Shown: positions 1-12,922, counted from the first letter of the whole stretch. The stretch is 63,552 bases of DNA, filler included, from Basidiobolus ranarum (GCA_040143965.1; 41 parts of 41 records of this genome joined end to end with filler, not necessarily neighbours in it); one strand, 5' to 3'. The notes: generated by a model not told the origin, from the sequence alone. Numbers and translations: made by a program.

Positions 1-496
1 GACTTATAATCCTTCAGTAATTAAACTGCCTTTATGTCCAAATGGTTGTTTGGCTTTTACTGGTGATCTGAAAAACCTGAAGTCATGTACTGTTTGCACA
101 CAATTGGCAATAACTGAATCAGGTAAATATCATTCATATTTGGCTTACATACCATTGATTCCCCATCTGAAAGTTTTGATGAAATCACCCAAATATAGAT
201 CATTGATCCAATACCAAAGTACTCACTGTAAAGCTCATGGTATTACCAATATACTTGATGGATATCACTACCAGAATCTTAAAAGTCAAGGTTTCTTGGA
301 GAACAAGTATGATCATGCATTTGCATTGGCTCTGAATGGTTTCTCCCCAAACAAATACACTGTTGGGAAGTCTTGCTGGCCAATAATTTTAATTAACTTA
401 AATTTACCTTCTTCTGAATGGTATAAGAGTCATAATATTTGATACTATCCATCATATCTGTACCTAAATCACCAGTGCTTATAGATACCTTCTTGG
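1..496 (+). mobile_element. CACTA/EnSpm (Tnp2-like) transposase fragment, decayed, interrupted by a Copia LTR
   Basis: CPNGCLAF..CTVC, YIPLIPHLKVL, ILDGYHY, LALNGFSP..SCWPIILINLNLP resemble Tnp2-family motifs. Paralogues lie at 15578, 17628 and 44490. Confidence 0.8.
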
Positions 497-874
497 TGTT
501 GAAGTTTATTGTTGTTAGCATGTTTTTTATCTCTATCTTTATACACCTAACTATTTCATATATCTTATATAAGTTAGTTAACATTACTTAGTCAAATATC
601 ACTTAGCTAAAAATCGGAACATATATTATATATATATGTGAATAATATGAGAATTAGCAATTCCATAATAGATATTTCAAACTTGACCAAATTGGCCCAA
701 AAATAGCTCATTTTACTCCCACAGATGCTCTGAGCACAACCCCAGTGTTAGTTTTCTGTATTTCCACCCAAAAGTATATATGCTTTATTTCTCAACAATA
801 AACAATTATCTCACAAAGCTATTCACAACTCCATTTTCCTAAAGTTCCTCCAAACAGCCCATATATTCCCAATA
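497..874 (+). repeat. Copia 5' LTR, family A (about 378 bp)
   Basis: TGTTGAAG...CCCAATA termini, directly followed by PBS and gag. Many other copies occur in the window. Confidence 0.9.
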
Positions 875-886
875 GGTTATGAGCCC
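875..886 (+). promoter_or_regulatory. Primer-binding site GGTTATGAGCCC (half-tRNA-iMet type)
   Basis: Abuts the LTR end. The same motif, sometimes degenerate, occurs at 5666-5677(-), 23179-23190(+), 44100-44111(-) and 62175-62186(-). Confidence 0.85.
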
Positions 887-906
887 CGCGTTCCAACCTT
901 TACAGC

Positions 907-1410
907 ATGACAGAAAACACTACTGCCACTTTTATTAACTCAAGTGTTGAAAAGCTTGATGGAGAAAATTACAATTTCTGAAAGTTCAAGATGCAAATTA
1001 TGCTGGAAGACAGGGAGCTTTGGGATGTAGTCTCTGGAGATGAAAAGGAATATTCTGACCTTTCTTTATCGGAAGCTTACAAGAAAAAAGAAAAGAAGGA
1101 CTTTAATGTCATTTGTCAAAGTTTGTAGGATTCACAACTTGTGAATATTGAATATGCCAAGACCTCACATCAAGCTTGGACTATATTGGAAGAGTGTTAT
1201 GAAGCAAAGAGTCTTGCTAATAGACTCTTTCTCAGACAAAACCTTTTCAATATAAAAATGGAAAAGTCTGAAAGCATGGTTACTCATATTGCAAATATGA
1301 GATATTTGGCAAAACAACTGGAAAATATTGGTGCAACTTCACAGAAAGGAGATGTCATTATGATGCCTTTAAGTAGTCTACCAGAACAGTATTCAAACAT
1401 CACAATTGAA
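907..1410 (+). mobile_element. Copia gag N-terminus, pseudogenised
   Basis: MTENTTATFINSSVEKLDGENYNF*KFKMQIMLEDRELWDVV, with in-frame stops. Confidence 0.88.
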
Positions 1411-1459
1411 AGTGGGCACACCGAAGGTACCACCTGACTCATGGTGTAACATTTCATAT

Positions 1460-1559
1460 NNNNNNNNNNNNNNNNNNNNNNNNNNNNNNNNNNNNNNNNN
1501 NNNTTAATTAATTAANNNNNNNNNNNNNNNNNNNNNNNNNNNNNNNNNNNNNNNNNNNN
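1460..1559. other. Artificial contig spacer (first of 40, recurring about every 1.55 kb)
   Basis: Identical 44N-TTAATTAATTAA-44N block, with stop codons in all six frames. Contig lengths never increase, falling from 1459 to 1446 bp. Confidence 0.98.
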
Positions 1560-3018
1560 AAAATTACAATTTCTGGCAGTTCAAGATGCAAATCATGCTG
1601 GAAGACAGGGAACTTTGGGATGTAGTCTCTGGAGATGAAAAGGAACCTTCTGACCCTTCTTTATTGTAAGCTTACCAGAAAATACACAAGCAGGCCTTAA
1701 TGTCATTTGTAAAGGTTTGAAGGTTTCACAACATGTGAATATTAAATATGTAAAGACTGTGCATTAAGCTTGGACTATATTGGAAGAGTGTTATGAAGCA
1801 AAGAGTCTTGCTAATAGAATTGTTCTCCAACGTAAATTCTTCAATTTTAAGATTGAAATGTTTGAAAGCATGGTTACTCATTTTGCAAATGTGAGATTTT
1901 GAGCAAAACAACTGGAAAAATTGGTGCAACTTTACAGGAAAAAGAAGTTATTAATAATATTCTATGAAGTCTACCAGAACAGTATTCAAACTTGGTCACA
2001 ACTTCGGAAGCAAGATCTGACAAGTTATCTTTGGAGTTTGAGGTGGCAAGACTAATGGATCAGCATCCCAGAAGTAAAAATTTGGAAAAAGAATCAGAGG
2101 AAGTGGCTCTTTGTGGGGCTGGAAAACATAGCTTTGGCAAGTAGAAAGGTTACAGAAGAAGAAAACCAGATTTATGCTGTGGCTGTAACAAACCAGGACA
2201 CCAGTTAAAAGATTGCAAATCAAGAAATTACAACAAAAATGAGAAGTCAGAACAAGCAAGTTAGGTTTCAACCAAAGAGGAAGTTTTATTCATTTCTGCC
2301 CTACTGGTGATTTCTCAAACAAGACTGTAGGATGTGGTATATTGATTCTGCAGCCTCTCAACATTTCTCTAACCAAAAAACTTGTTGAAGACATTCAAAA
2401 CTAAAATAAACAAGAAGGTTTATATGGGGGAGGACTGGCCATTAGAAGCTCTGGGAGTGTGAGAAATCAAAGTTGATGTTAGGGGCAAACCTAGGAACAT
2501 GTATTTGACATTGAAAAATGTGCTATATGTGCCTGGGATAGCAAAAAATTTGTTATTAGTGAGTAATGCTACATCTAAGGGATATAGCTTTAATTTTGAT
2601 CAAAATGGCTGTACAATCAGGGATCAACAAGGGAATTACATAGCTTCTGGAGCTAAGCAAAATGACTCCCATAGACTTCATTATATTAAGCCAATATATG
2701 AACAAGTTAATACTGCCACAGCTGAAGTGTTAGACTGGAAAATCTGGCATAGGAGATTGGGTCATCTAGGAGCTGAATATATGTGATATTTAATCAGTAA
2801 CCAGATGGTTTTGGGACTAAATTCTGCAATTCCACCAGATCTGGAGCTATGTAAAGGCTGCCAATATGGTAGGCAACACAGATAGCCATTTGCAGGCTGT
2901 GGAATGAGCAAAATTCATCAAACATTGGGCCTGATACACTCAGATCTGAGTGGCCCAACATAGATAAAATTGTTAGGTGGAAAAGGTGTTTTAGGACCTT
3001 ATCAATGATAAGACATAG
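1560..3018 (+). mobile_element. Copia gag-protease-integrase N-terminus, decayed
   Basis: Zinc-knuckle remnant (CNKPGHQLKDC), WYIDSAASQH protease, LKNVLYVPGIAKNLL, WHRRLGH. Confidence 0.9.
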
Positions 3019-3118
3019 NNNNNNNNNNNNNNNNNNNNNNNNNNNNNNNNNNNNNNNNNNNNTTAATTAATTAANNNNNNNNNNNNNNNNNNNNNNNNNN
3101 NNNNNNNNNNNNNNNNNN

Positions 3119-3384
3119 CTACTGGCAAGCCTACCAAGCCCGCTACTAGCGTCAAGCCCACCAAACCTACTGCCACTGGAAAGCCTACCAAGCCTACAGA
3201 AACCACTAAGCCTGGCAACGATGGTGACAAGCCTGGCCGTTGCTCTGGATTTGAAACCAAATGTGTTAATCCCGGTGAATCACGCGAGTTCAAAGTATGC
3301 TCTAATGGATACGAGTATACTCAAAGTTGTGCCCCTGGAACTGTGTGTCGCGGTGGAATTAATCAAGTAACATGTGGTTATTAG
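3119..3384 (+). CDS. 3' end of a host gene: Lys/Pro/Thr linker plus a six-Cys CBM19-like chitin-binding module (5' truncated)
   Basis: Hand translation: TGKPTKPATSVKPTKPTATGKPTKPTETTKPGNDGDKPGRCSGFETKCVNPGESREFKVCSNGYEYTQSCAPGTVCRGGINQVTCGY*. AATAAA follows downstream. Missing from the ORF track because it has no start codon. Confidence 0.75.
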
Positions 3385-4676
3385 TTTAGAAACATTATAC
3401 GAGTGACACTGCTTTATAATTGAATAAATTCACATAGTTCATGTTTCATGTTTCTGAAATAAACCCCATGTTGCAAGTCGATATTATTACCAATACTCGT
3501 ATGCAGGTTTATTTACCAAGACTAGGCTACATCCATTGATTTTATGTCTTGGGATGCAATAGGACTTGAATAATCACTCCAACACGGTAAGGCATATATA
3601 CAGCCATGTTGACAAAGTCTGTAGCACTCATGACAGTTCAACAGCGATTCTAAAACGGACCCTCAATTGGATAATAAAGTAAAATGGTAGATGAAGGAAT
3701 TAAATCTATATCTGACTGAAGCTGTAGCGTTCAAACGTTTCCCAGGAATGGTAAAGAGTTGTTCAACTCCGTGCCATCAGGAGAACTATGGCCAGCTATG
3801 GTGAACGTGTAATAGTTAAAACGAGCTAATATTAGACTGGTCCATGGCTAATTGTTAGATGAAAAACATCTCCACCCCTGCTATCCAGTTCTCGATATAT
3901 TCAAGTACATTTTAATACATTATGTCAGATACACCTGTGTTGCAACCACATAACAATTGTAACTCTAAGTGAGTGATCTTTCAACCAAGGGATTCTTGCT
4001 GAAACTAGCTTTCCAGCACTAAAATTAAGGAATTAATAAACATTAAACATCGATTATAGCACTTACTATATTTGGGCAAAACTATGGAAGTGTGCGTAAA
4101 CGTTCATGTATTAAGTATGTGAAATACCATTTTCCTCACAAATGGTCTGCCACTAACCAAAAGCTACTAACGAGATACTGGGACCGGAATACACTAGTTG
4201 TACTAACTTTGTTGTATTTTAGGTGGAACCAAGGCCCATAACTACCAAGATGAAGACTAAATGGAGGGTATTTTTATGCCATATATGTAGCATAGGTTGC
4301 TTTGAAATATAAATGCAAGAACAATACCGGTATTTAATGCTAGATGGAGTTGTCGGGATTTCCACACTAGACAAACGTCTGGATCGTATTAGTACTAAAT
4401 TCAGTGAACCAATGTAGCACAAAGGGTAGACTACCTAGCAGTTATCCATGCATTACACAGTGAATATTTTGTAAATCCTTCGCTCCATCATTATGAGCCA
4501 CACATGGTTGTATTAGAGCCTCCAACCAACAAGAATAACTCTCAAGGATTACGGACTAATGGAGAGATCCCGATCCNNNNNNNNNNNNNNNNNNNNNNNN
4601 NNNNNNNNNNNNNNNNNNNNTTAATTAATTAANNNNNNNNNNNNNNNNNNNNNNNNNNNNNNNNNNNNNNNNNNNN

Positions 4677-5700
4677 CAAGTTAATCCTATCCCAATATAT
4701 CAAGATAATATTAGTTGTATTCAGATCACCACAAATCCTGAGTATCACTGAAGGATGAAACATATTGACATAAGACATCTTTTATATGAGAGAAAGTTCA
4801 AGACAAAGAAGTGACCTTTATTTATTGTAATACTGAAAATATGCTTGCAGATATACTAACAAAAGCACTCAAAACTTCTAGCTTTAAGAAGTTAAGAGCA
4901 GGAATAGGCATTAGTGAATATAAGCACAATGCTGAATAAGAATTAAGAGAAGGTGTTGGATAATTAATCTTTATTCAACATCACAGTTAACTTTAGTTAT
5001 GATACATATATCAGAAACAGAAAGCAATGTATCTATAGCCACTATATTTTAAATAGGGATATCTCTATATATATATAACAAGTATGTCTTATTACCCCCA
5101 CTTATCTATTATATCCTATTACACAAATTCCTGAATATCTCAAACAAATGATTTACTTCTCTATTATATAAGTCACCATATACTTTTAAGAATAAAGTAA
5201 CTAAAAACACACTATCATAAGTTGCCTTTATACTCAAAGTCTACTGCCATTATGTCAAGATCCTCCTACAAGTTGTCAGCAAACTAACATGTAGAATGTG
5301 TTAAGGAAGGTCACAGGAGCTTGTGTGCAAAGTTTGGGGCTTCTATCACAACTCTGAAAAAATTATATATCCAAGAACATCTAAGTTGGTAACAATATTC
5401 TAAGTAAATTCCAATTGAGAATAATGGATAATATCTTGGTGAATTATAAGATAACTAAGTACTAAGATATATATGACTATATAGATGTTTAGGCAAAGCT
5501 AATTTCTACATTTTCTTCTCCTACAACAGTGTCCCAAAATCCTTTTTCTTGCAGCAACATTTTCATTTTGATTTTCTAAACTTGATGATTGGTTCCATCC
5601 AATTATTCAGAAGAGGGAAAAGTTTCAGGAATTGAGATACAGATTTTAGAGAGAGTGCAAGCTTGGGGCTCATAACCTGTTAAAGTATTTGAGAGCCTGG
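4677..5700. mobile_element. Copia mosaic: RNase H end and LTR (+), LTR family B piece, gag start and PBS (-)
   Basis: KHIDIRHL..ENMLADILTKAL; purine tract then TGTTGG near 4953; reverse PBS at 5666-5677. Confidence 0.8.
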
Positions 5701-6234
5701 CCTAATTCTTTCCATATACAAGTAACTTGGTATATTGTAAGGGAGGGGTGTACATATGGGATTGCATCCCTCAAACCCCATACTTTATTTTTATACTGTG
5801 AGGACTGCATCCCCCAGGCCCATTCATTTCATCCTTTCCCTCCCTTACCCTTACCCTTACCATGACATCTATATCCAGGCCCTCCACTTATCATTATATA
5901 TTACCTGAAATTAGGTTTTATAGCTGAATGATGCAGAATCAACATCTAAGAAAGAGAGTAAAAACTACTCAAAATTTTAACTCCATGTTTGAAGCTGAGG
6001 GGACTGCATCCCCCAGCCCCCCTTTTTTCGTCCTTACCCGCCTTACCCTTTCCAGGATTGGGAAAATATGGGCTGTTTGGAGGAACTTTAGAAAAGTGGC
6101 GTTGTGAATAGCTTTGTGAGATAATTGTTTATTGNNNNNNNNNNNNNNNNNNNNNNNNNNNNNNNNNNNNNNNNNNNNTTAATTAATTAANNNNNNNNNN
6201 NNNNNNNNNNNNNNNNNNNNNNNNNNNNNNNNNN

Positions 6235-6302
6235 GGTAGCTCAGTGGTTAGAGCACCTTGCTAGAGTGAAGGAGGCCCCAGGTTCAAATCCTGGCCAGAC
6301 CA
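6235..6302 (+). pseudogene. tRNA-like sequence (5' truncated by the contig edge), nominal anticodon AGA, short variable loop
   Basis: A box TAGCTCAGTGG, D stem GCTC/GAGC, T arm CCAGG-TTCAAAT-CCTGG, acceptor 3' strand CCAGACC-A. The anticodon stem has a G-G mismatch and there is no T4+ terminator nearby. Confidence 0.75.
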
Positions 6303-6328
6303 ATATTTCTCCCTAAATAATTTCAATA

Positions 6329-7692
6329 TCCATTGGGATAGATACTGGATTACATACTTCCTTTTTAAACTTATTTCGAATATCTAGGATATACTAAGAC
6401 TGGTTTAAAGTTATTGTTTTGGTAGTTTTATCTATCTTGATTTGGATTCCAAGATAGTACATCAGTTCACCTAGATCAGTCATTTTGAATTTGGCAGATA
6501 AGCTGGATTTGGTTTTCTCCAAAGTCTTCAAGTCATTGGTTGCTATAATAAGATCATCTACATATAAGGCTAATAAAACTGGGTTTGTCTTATCTGGCCT
6601 GAAGTAGATACTATAGTCAGCATTACTCTTTTGGAATTTGAGTGTTTCTAAAAAAGCATCTATCTTGCTATTCCAAGCTCTTGGAGATTGTTTTAAGCCA
6701 TAGAGTGTTTTCTGGAGTCTGCAAACTTTTTTAGGGTTTTCTGGGTCCACAAATCCATCTGGCTGGTCCATATAGATCTCCTCAGCAAGCTCACCATTCA
6801 AAAAAGCTGTTTTAACATCCATTTGATGTATAATAAACTGATATTTAGCTGAAATTGCTAAAATCAATCTAATTGAATTAAACTTTGCTACAGGAGCAAA
6901 AGTTTCTGTGTAATCTATTCCTGGTGTTTGGGAATAGCCTTTGGCTACTAGTCTAGCCTTGTACCTTTCTATATTGCCATCAGAGTTGTATTTAACTTTA
7001 AACACCCATTGGCAGCCAATTGATTTTCTATCATCAGGTAAGTTGGTTAAAATCCAAGTTTGATTATCAATCAAAGCCTGGTACTCATCAGCCATTGCAG
7101 ATCTCCAAAATTTTATGTGAGGGCCATTCAGGGCCCTTTTACAGTCTAAGGTTCATGTATTTGAGCTGTGCAGACATAGGCCCAATTTTGGGGCTCATTA
7201 ATATAGTAATCAGGGCTATTCCTGATCCAATTTGATCTCCCGGTTTGGGATAAAGGTACTACAACTTCTGGCATTGTACTGGGCACTCCAGTAAGCAAAA
7301 TGTTGGTTGAAGGGTCCACAGGAAGGCTATTTTCTTCATTGCTTTGGTTTGAATCAATTTGAATGATTTGATCAGGAGAAAATTGATTTTTGTCTTCATC
7401 TGAGATCATTTTGGGTGAAGATTTTTCATTTTCATTAAACAAAACATCCCTGAACTTGATTAGCTTGGAAATTTTGGTATCATAGAGTCTGTAGGCCTTA
7501 GTTTGAGTACAATAACCCAGAAATATGCATTTGTTAGTTTTTGGATCAAATTTAGATCAACTTTTGGTCATAATTTTGACTTAAGCAATGCATCCAAAGA
7601 TCCTCAAATGTTTTACATCAGGTTTAACTCCAAACCAAGCTTGATATGATGTAGAGTTAGACAGACTACTAGTAAAACTCCTATTCTTCAGA
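6329..7692 (-). mobile_element. Copia pol: integrase C-terminus and reverse transcriptase
   Basis: [42 protein letters not shown] (ORF 6394-7095). Confidence 0.95.
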
Positions 7693-7792
7693 NNNNNNNN
7701 NNNNNNNNNNNNNNNNNNNNNNNNNNNNNNNNNNNNTTAATTAATTAANNNNNNNNNNNNNNNNNNNNNNNNNNNNNNNNNNNNNNNNNNNN

Positions 7793-9250
7793 AGCTCTGA
7801 AAAATGCCCGAGTCTTTGAACAGCTTCCTTGACTACATAGCCTCCTTTGTTGTATGGGATGCTGCCATGTTCTCTGCTTCAGTTGTTGAGAGTACTACAT
7901 TGGGTTGTTTCTTGCTATTCCAAGATATGGCTGCTTCACTATAGAGAAAGGCATATCCAGTGATAGATCTTCTGTCCTCAATAGCACATCCACAATCTGC
8001 AACACTAAACCCAATTAGACCCTTATTCTCATAAGAATGTGTGTATCTTAATCCCAGATCAATAGTGAACTTCAAATGATATATTTTGAGCCATATTTGG
8101 CCAATTTGCATCTCTTTGATGGGATTTTTGACTAGTTTCACACCTGGATCCATGGGAGTTGCTACTGGCTTATATTCTATAACATCTGAGAATGTCAGAG
8201 ATGTATCTAGACTGATTTAGAGTAATAGATTTGCTCAATATATCCATATTGCATCTGCAGGCAGAAAAAATTTGTAAGTTCACCTAAATTGATCATCTTG
8301 AATTAGACTGATAGATCTCTTTTGGTGTTCCCCAGTGCTTCATTATTATTGGTAGCTGTAATCACATCATCTACATATAAGGCAAGTATTACCTTATTGT
8401 CCCTATCTGTCACAAAGTAGATCTCAAAATCTACTATACTCTTTTGGAAATGAGTGATTTCAAGTATGTATCTATCTTAGTGTACCAGGTCCTAGGTGAT
8501 TATTTGTGTCCATAAAGTGATTTTTGAAGCTTACACACATCTGCAGGGTGCTCAGGATCTACAAAACCATCTGGTTGATCCATGTATGCATCCTCTTCCA
8601 AGTCCCTATTCAAACAAGAAGTTTTAACATCCATTTGATGGACTTGTAAGCTGTGTTTTGCTGCTACTGCTAGTAAGGTTTGGATGGAATTAAACTTTGT
8701 GATAGGAGCAAATGTTTTGTTGTAGTTTACTCCTTACATTTGGAGTATCCTTTAGCCACAACTCTGGCTTTACATCTCCCTACAGATCCATCAGCTTGCT
8801 GTTTAACTTCAAATACCCATTTGCATCCAACTGGTTTTTGGTCATCAGATAACTTAACCAAAGTCCAAGTTTGATTATCTTTGAGTGACTGATACTCCTT
8901 TGCCATTGCAGCACTCCAAAACTTTGTGTTGGGACTCTCCTTAGCCTCCTGTATTGATTTGGATTCAACAAAAAAGGCTAAATTAGCACTAGGTTCCTTT
9001 TGGCTAGAGTGAGAGTAGTAATTAGGCAAAGATCTCATCAAATTGGATTTCCTAAGATGGGAAATTGGCACTCCAACTTCCAGTACCAATTTAGTCAATG
9101 AAACCATCCCAGGCTTTGTTGAGGAGACTGCAGGTGAGGAATTTTCAATGATTTTCTTACTGAGCAGGATCTGGTGAGGAAAAGAAGAATCTTCATCAAT
9201 TTTTGGTTGTTTTTCTTGATCCTGGATTGTTTTCATTGAAAATATTTTAT
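7793..9250 (-). mobile_element. Copia RT and RNase H, decayed
   Basis: GCKWVF..KARVVAKGY, DRRSITGY, ISWNSKKQ, STTEAE. Confidence 0.92.
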
Positions 9251-10168
9251 NNNNNNNNNNNNNNNNNNNNNNNNNNNNNNNNNNNNNNNNNNNNTTAATT
9301 AATTAANNNNNNNNNNNNNNNNNNNNNNNNNNNNNNNNNNNNNNNNNNNNTACAAGCAACTGATTGGCCTTAGACTTTGTGTTCAGATGCAGTCACCATA
9401 CTCCATATTTTCCTCTTTGGGAATTACTGCTTGTACCACAAGTCACCAGACTTTCAACAATGTCAACATAGAACTCTATTGCAGATCACTATTGAAGACT
9501 ACCAGGATGATACACATTCCTATCTGTATGAAAACAGCAAGTTTGATTCAGTACTTTGAAAGAATTGACAATTGTGGCATGATATAAATGTTGATTGCAG
9601 AATCCATAAAATTATTGTCATAAAAGCTGGAAAGACTTATCAGCTCATCATAGCAGACATGTATTATAACCTTCTCATGAATTGCCAGGCAAATGAAATA
9701 TCTTTATTTGGTGGAACCAGCTTAGAAGTAGCTAAGGTTATAAAAAAAGTCAAGGTAACTCCAAATTGATAGCAACACACTTCTACAGTGGGAAGCAGGT
9801 AATTCATGCTGATGGCTTTTTATTACAAAAGATTTGTCAAAGAATTTATCATGTGTCAGCCATATTGAATCAGCTACTCAATAACAAGATTATCAAGACT
9901 CAAAATGGCAAGAGTGAAGTATATTACATGACAGTTGAACTGCAGGAGAATATTAGCAAATACTTGACAAAATCCTGTTTGCTGTAGGAATGCTACAACA
10001 AAACTGGGATGAAAACTGATTTTGAACTGTGAAGAATCAATTTGCAGCTCACTCAATATATCCATTCACCAGAGTAGCAAAGCTATTATTGGCTAAAGGT
10101 CCTTGTAAAACTTATGCTTTGTCTATATAACTTGCTTGAACATCTCTTTCATTTATCATCATTGTTGT

Positions 10169-10808
10169 TGTTATGCACCAACATACAAAGTTGTTCAATT
10201 TACACCTTATGTATACAACTTGCTTGAATGTTGGTTTAGTTTATCATCATTGCTTGCTAGTTACCTGATCAAATCCACTGACTCTGTTATGTAACTAATC
10301 ATATGACTAACTATGTATTATTTTATCACTTCTATCAGATCATATGCGCAATCACATGATCATTATACAGTTAGTATTAACATCAGAGACTACTGCTTAC
10401 ACACAAGTCATTATGAGTTACAAGATTTATAACCCATATTCTTTTACTGCCAAGACTACAGTTGATGCATGACTCACTTGTCTATCTATCTATCTATCTA
10501 TCCAATCATATTGTTTTTTATCAGAATCAGTCATCTAATAGCTTGGCACCAACTAATTCACTCTGCTATCAAAAAGTATAAATAAAGATAACTGAGCCTT
10601 TTGGTTTAGTGTGTATCTCAACAAATATAGGTTCTTAACACTTTTTAGTGTTCTCAACAAATTCAATATTCCCCTCTCATTTCTATCAAAACCTAGTATT
10701 CACTATCACCTACAGAACACCAAGCCTAGCTGCCTAGCAAACCCACTCTCTACCGGACAATAGCAACCTACTGCTATTCCCAAGACATATATTAGATAGG
10801 TCCACTCT
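10169..10808 (+). repeat. Probable LTR-like dispersed repeat (family D)
   Basis: The first ~100 bp match 63452-63552, where the sequence starts at TGTTG and interrupts another element. Contains (TCTA)5 at 10481-10500. Confidence 0.5.
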
Positions 10809-10908
10809 NNNNNNNNNNNNNNNNNNNNNNNNNNNNNNNNNNNNNNNNNNNNTTAATTAATTAANNNNNNNNNNNNNNNNNNNNNNNNNNNNNNNNNNNN
10901 NNNNNNNN

Positions 10909-12365
10909 ATAGTAAATTGCTGCTGAATTCCCTTTTCTTGACAAAAGCTAGTCATGGCTTCATTGCTAAATTCAGTTCCATTATCACTGCATAGGTATTT
11001 GATTTTTCTTCCTGTTATGATTGTGACCATTGCTTCATATATCTTGAAATATTGAAATACTTCTCCTTTGCTCAACAGAAGATGAGAAACTATGAAGTGA
11101 GATTTATCATCAGTAAAGATGAGTAAATATTGTCACTTACTTGGTGTCAGTGTTTGCATTGGGCCACATAAGTCTGTATGAATAAGATCCAATAAATCTT
11201 TGGCTTTGCTAGCTCCTTCTTTTTGAAATGGTTTTCTGATGATTTTCCCTTGAATACAGCTTTCACATTTAGTAATATCTGAGGGCTTAAGATCCATTCC
11301 AGTACATAGGCTATTTTTGTATAATAGTTTCACACTATTATAATTTAGATGACACAAGTGCTGATTCCCAATTATCAAGTTTCCAGAAGTAATTGTTGCA
11401 AAGTTAGAAACAGTCTCAGTTATCGGTGCAATATCTTGGTGATATAGATTCCCAATTCTTGTTCCAGTTGCTACAAAAGTCCTTTGATTTGTATATGGTT
11501 GCTTTTCCTTGGCTGAATTTGACATCATAATGTTTCTTTTCATTTGCTCCAATTGAAAACAGATTTGTTGTAAATGATGGAAAACATAAGACATCTTCCA
11601 AGGTTACCGTTACACTTTTGGTTTTACATATTTGTAAGTCAAGTGTGACCTTTCCCATTCCATATGCAACCTGTTTATTTATTCCAGCTACTGTGATGTC
11701 TAGAGGTTCTATTTCCTTATAGTCATGCATTATGTTTCTATTGTGACAAATATGATCACTTGCACCAGTATCTATAATCCATATATCAGCAGAGTCATTT
11801 CCTGATTTAGAGGTTGCCATAAGTACATAGTGTTCATTTCCTCTTTTAGTGATGTTATATACTTCCTTTTTCTTTGAAACCCATTTCTTCTTTGATCTGC
11901 AGTAATGTGCTATATGTCCCAGTTTTCCACATTTGTAACATTTCACAGTGTTCCTTTCTGGTTGACTATTTTGAGAATAAAATGCTTGTGTAGTTTTTGT
12001 TTCATCTGCAAGCTGACTTTTGTCTTTCCTTTTAAAATCTTCTTGACATAGATGAGAGATCACATAATACTGAGTAAGCTTATCCCCAATTGCTTCCAAC
12101 ATGAGTACAAGGGCTGAATATGATTCAGGGAGACCATTGATTATGGTAAGAATTATATTCATTTCAGGTACATCATAATTCACTAATTCGAGTTGTTGGG
12201 CAAGTTTCTTGACACCATTTACATATGTCAGAATATCTGAATCATCAGACATACAAGAGTTTAGAATTTTCTTTGTAGCATCATCAAGTGAGCAAGCCCT
12301 TTTTGCTCATGATGTTCCACTAGGATTTCCCATGCATTCTTGGCAGAGTCAGCATCTCTGCCTAG
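10909..12365 (-). mobile_element. Copia gag-protease-integrase, decayed
   Basis: CYKCGKLGHIAHYC knuckle, WIIDTGASDH, LIHTDLCGPM, SDNGTEF. Confidence 0.93.
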
Positions 12366-12922
12366 NNNNNNNNNNNNNNNNNNNNNNNNNNNNNNNNNNN
12401 NNNNNNNNNTTAATTAATTAANNNNNNNNNNNNNNNNNNNNNNNNNNNNNNNNNNNNNNNNNNNNTATCTTGACTTTGGCAGTGTTACCAAAACTTTGAG
12501 GCAAAGTACAGTCAGTGGACTCTGTGAGCAAAACTAAGGTCAATTTTCTGCCCTTATTACTGTTGATATTCTCCAGGCTTTGTGCAGCTGGTGGCTTTGT
12601 ACAGTTACTATGCTTGTGATTATTTTTCTATGAAGCCTCCAGCTTTCATAGCACAAGAATATGTGACAATAATAGCAAGGCTTCTTTAAATGTTTGTGTT
12701 GCAGTATCAGAAGAATATTGTGGAAAAAAGAACACCTCCTATGTAAGGATGGTATTTCAGGTAAAGCCCATAAATATCATCATCTGATTCTGAGATGGTT
12801 GCACAGATGAGTCATCAGGGGATTTACAGAATATTCTAGTAATAGATGGCAATATTGGTTTATTATTAGCTGTTGCTATGCAATTTCATCACACCATGTT
12901 AACCATCTGAAAATTTCAATGC

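Noticed and set aside
1504-1515. Regularly spaced TTAATTAATTAA palindrome as a CRISPR-like or biological repeat
   Set aside because: Always centred in 88 Ns with stops in all frames. It is a contig-joining linker.
6235-6302. Functional tRNA-Ser(AGA)
   Set aside because: It lacks the long variable arm, has an anticodon stem mismatch and no terminator, and sits in TE context.
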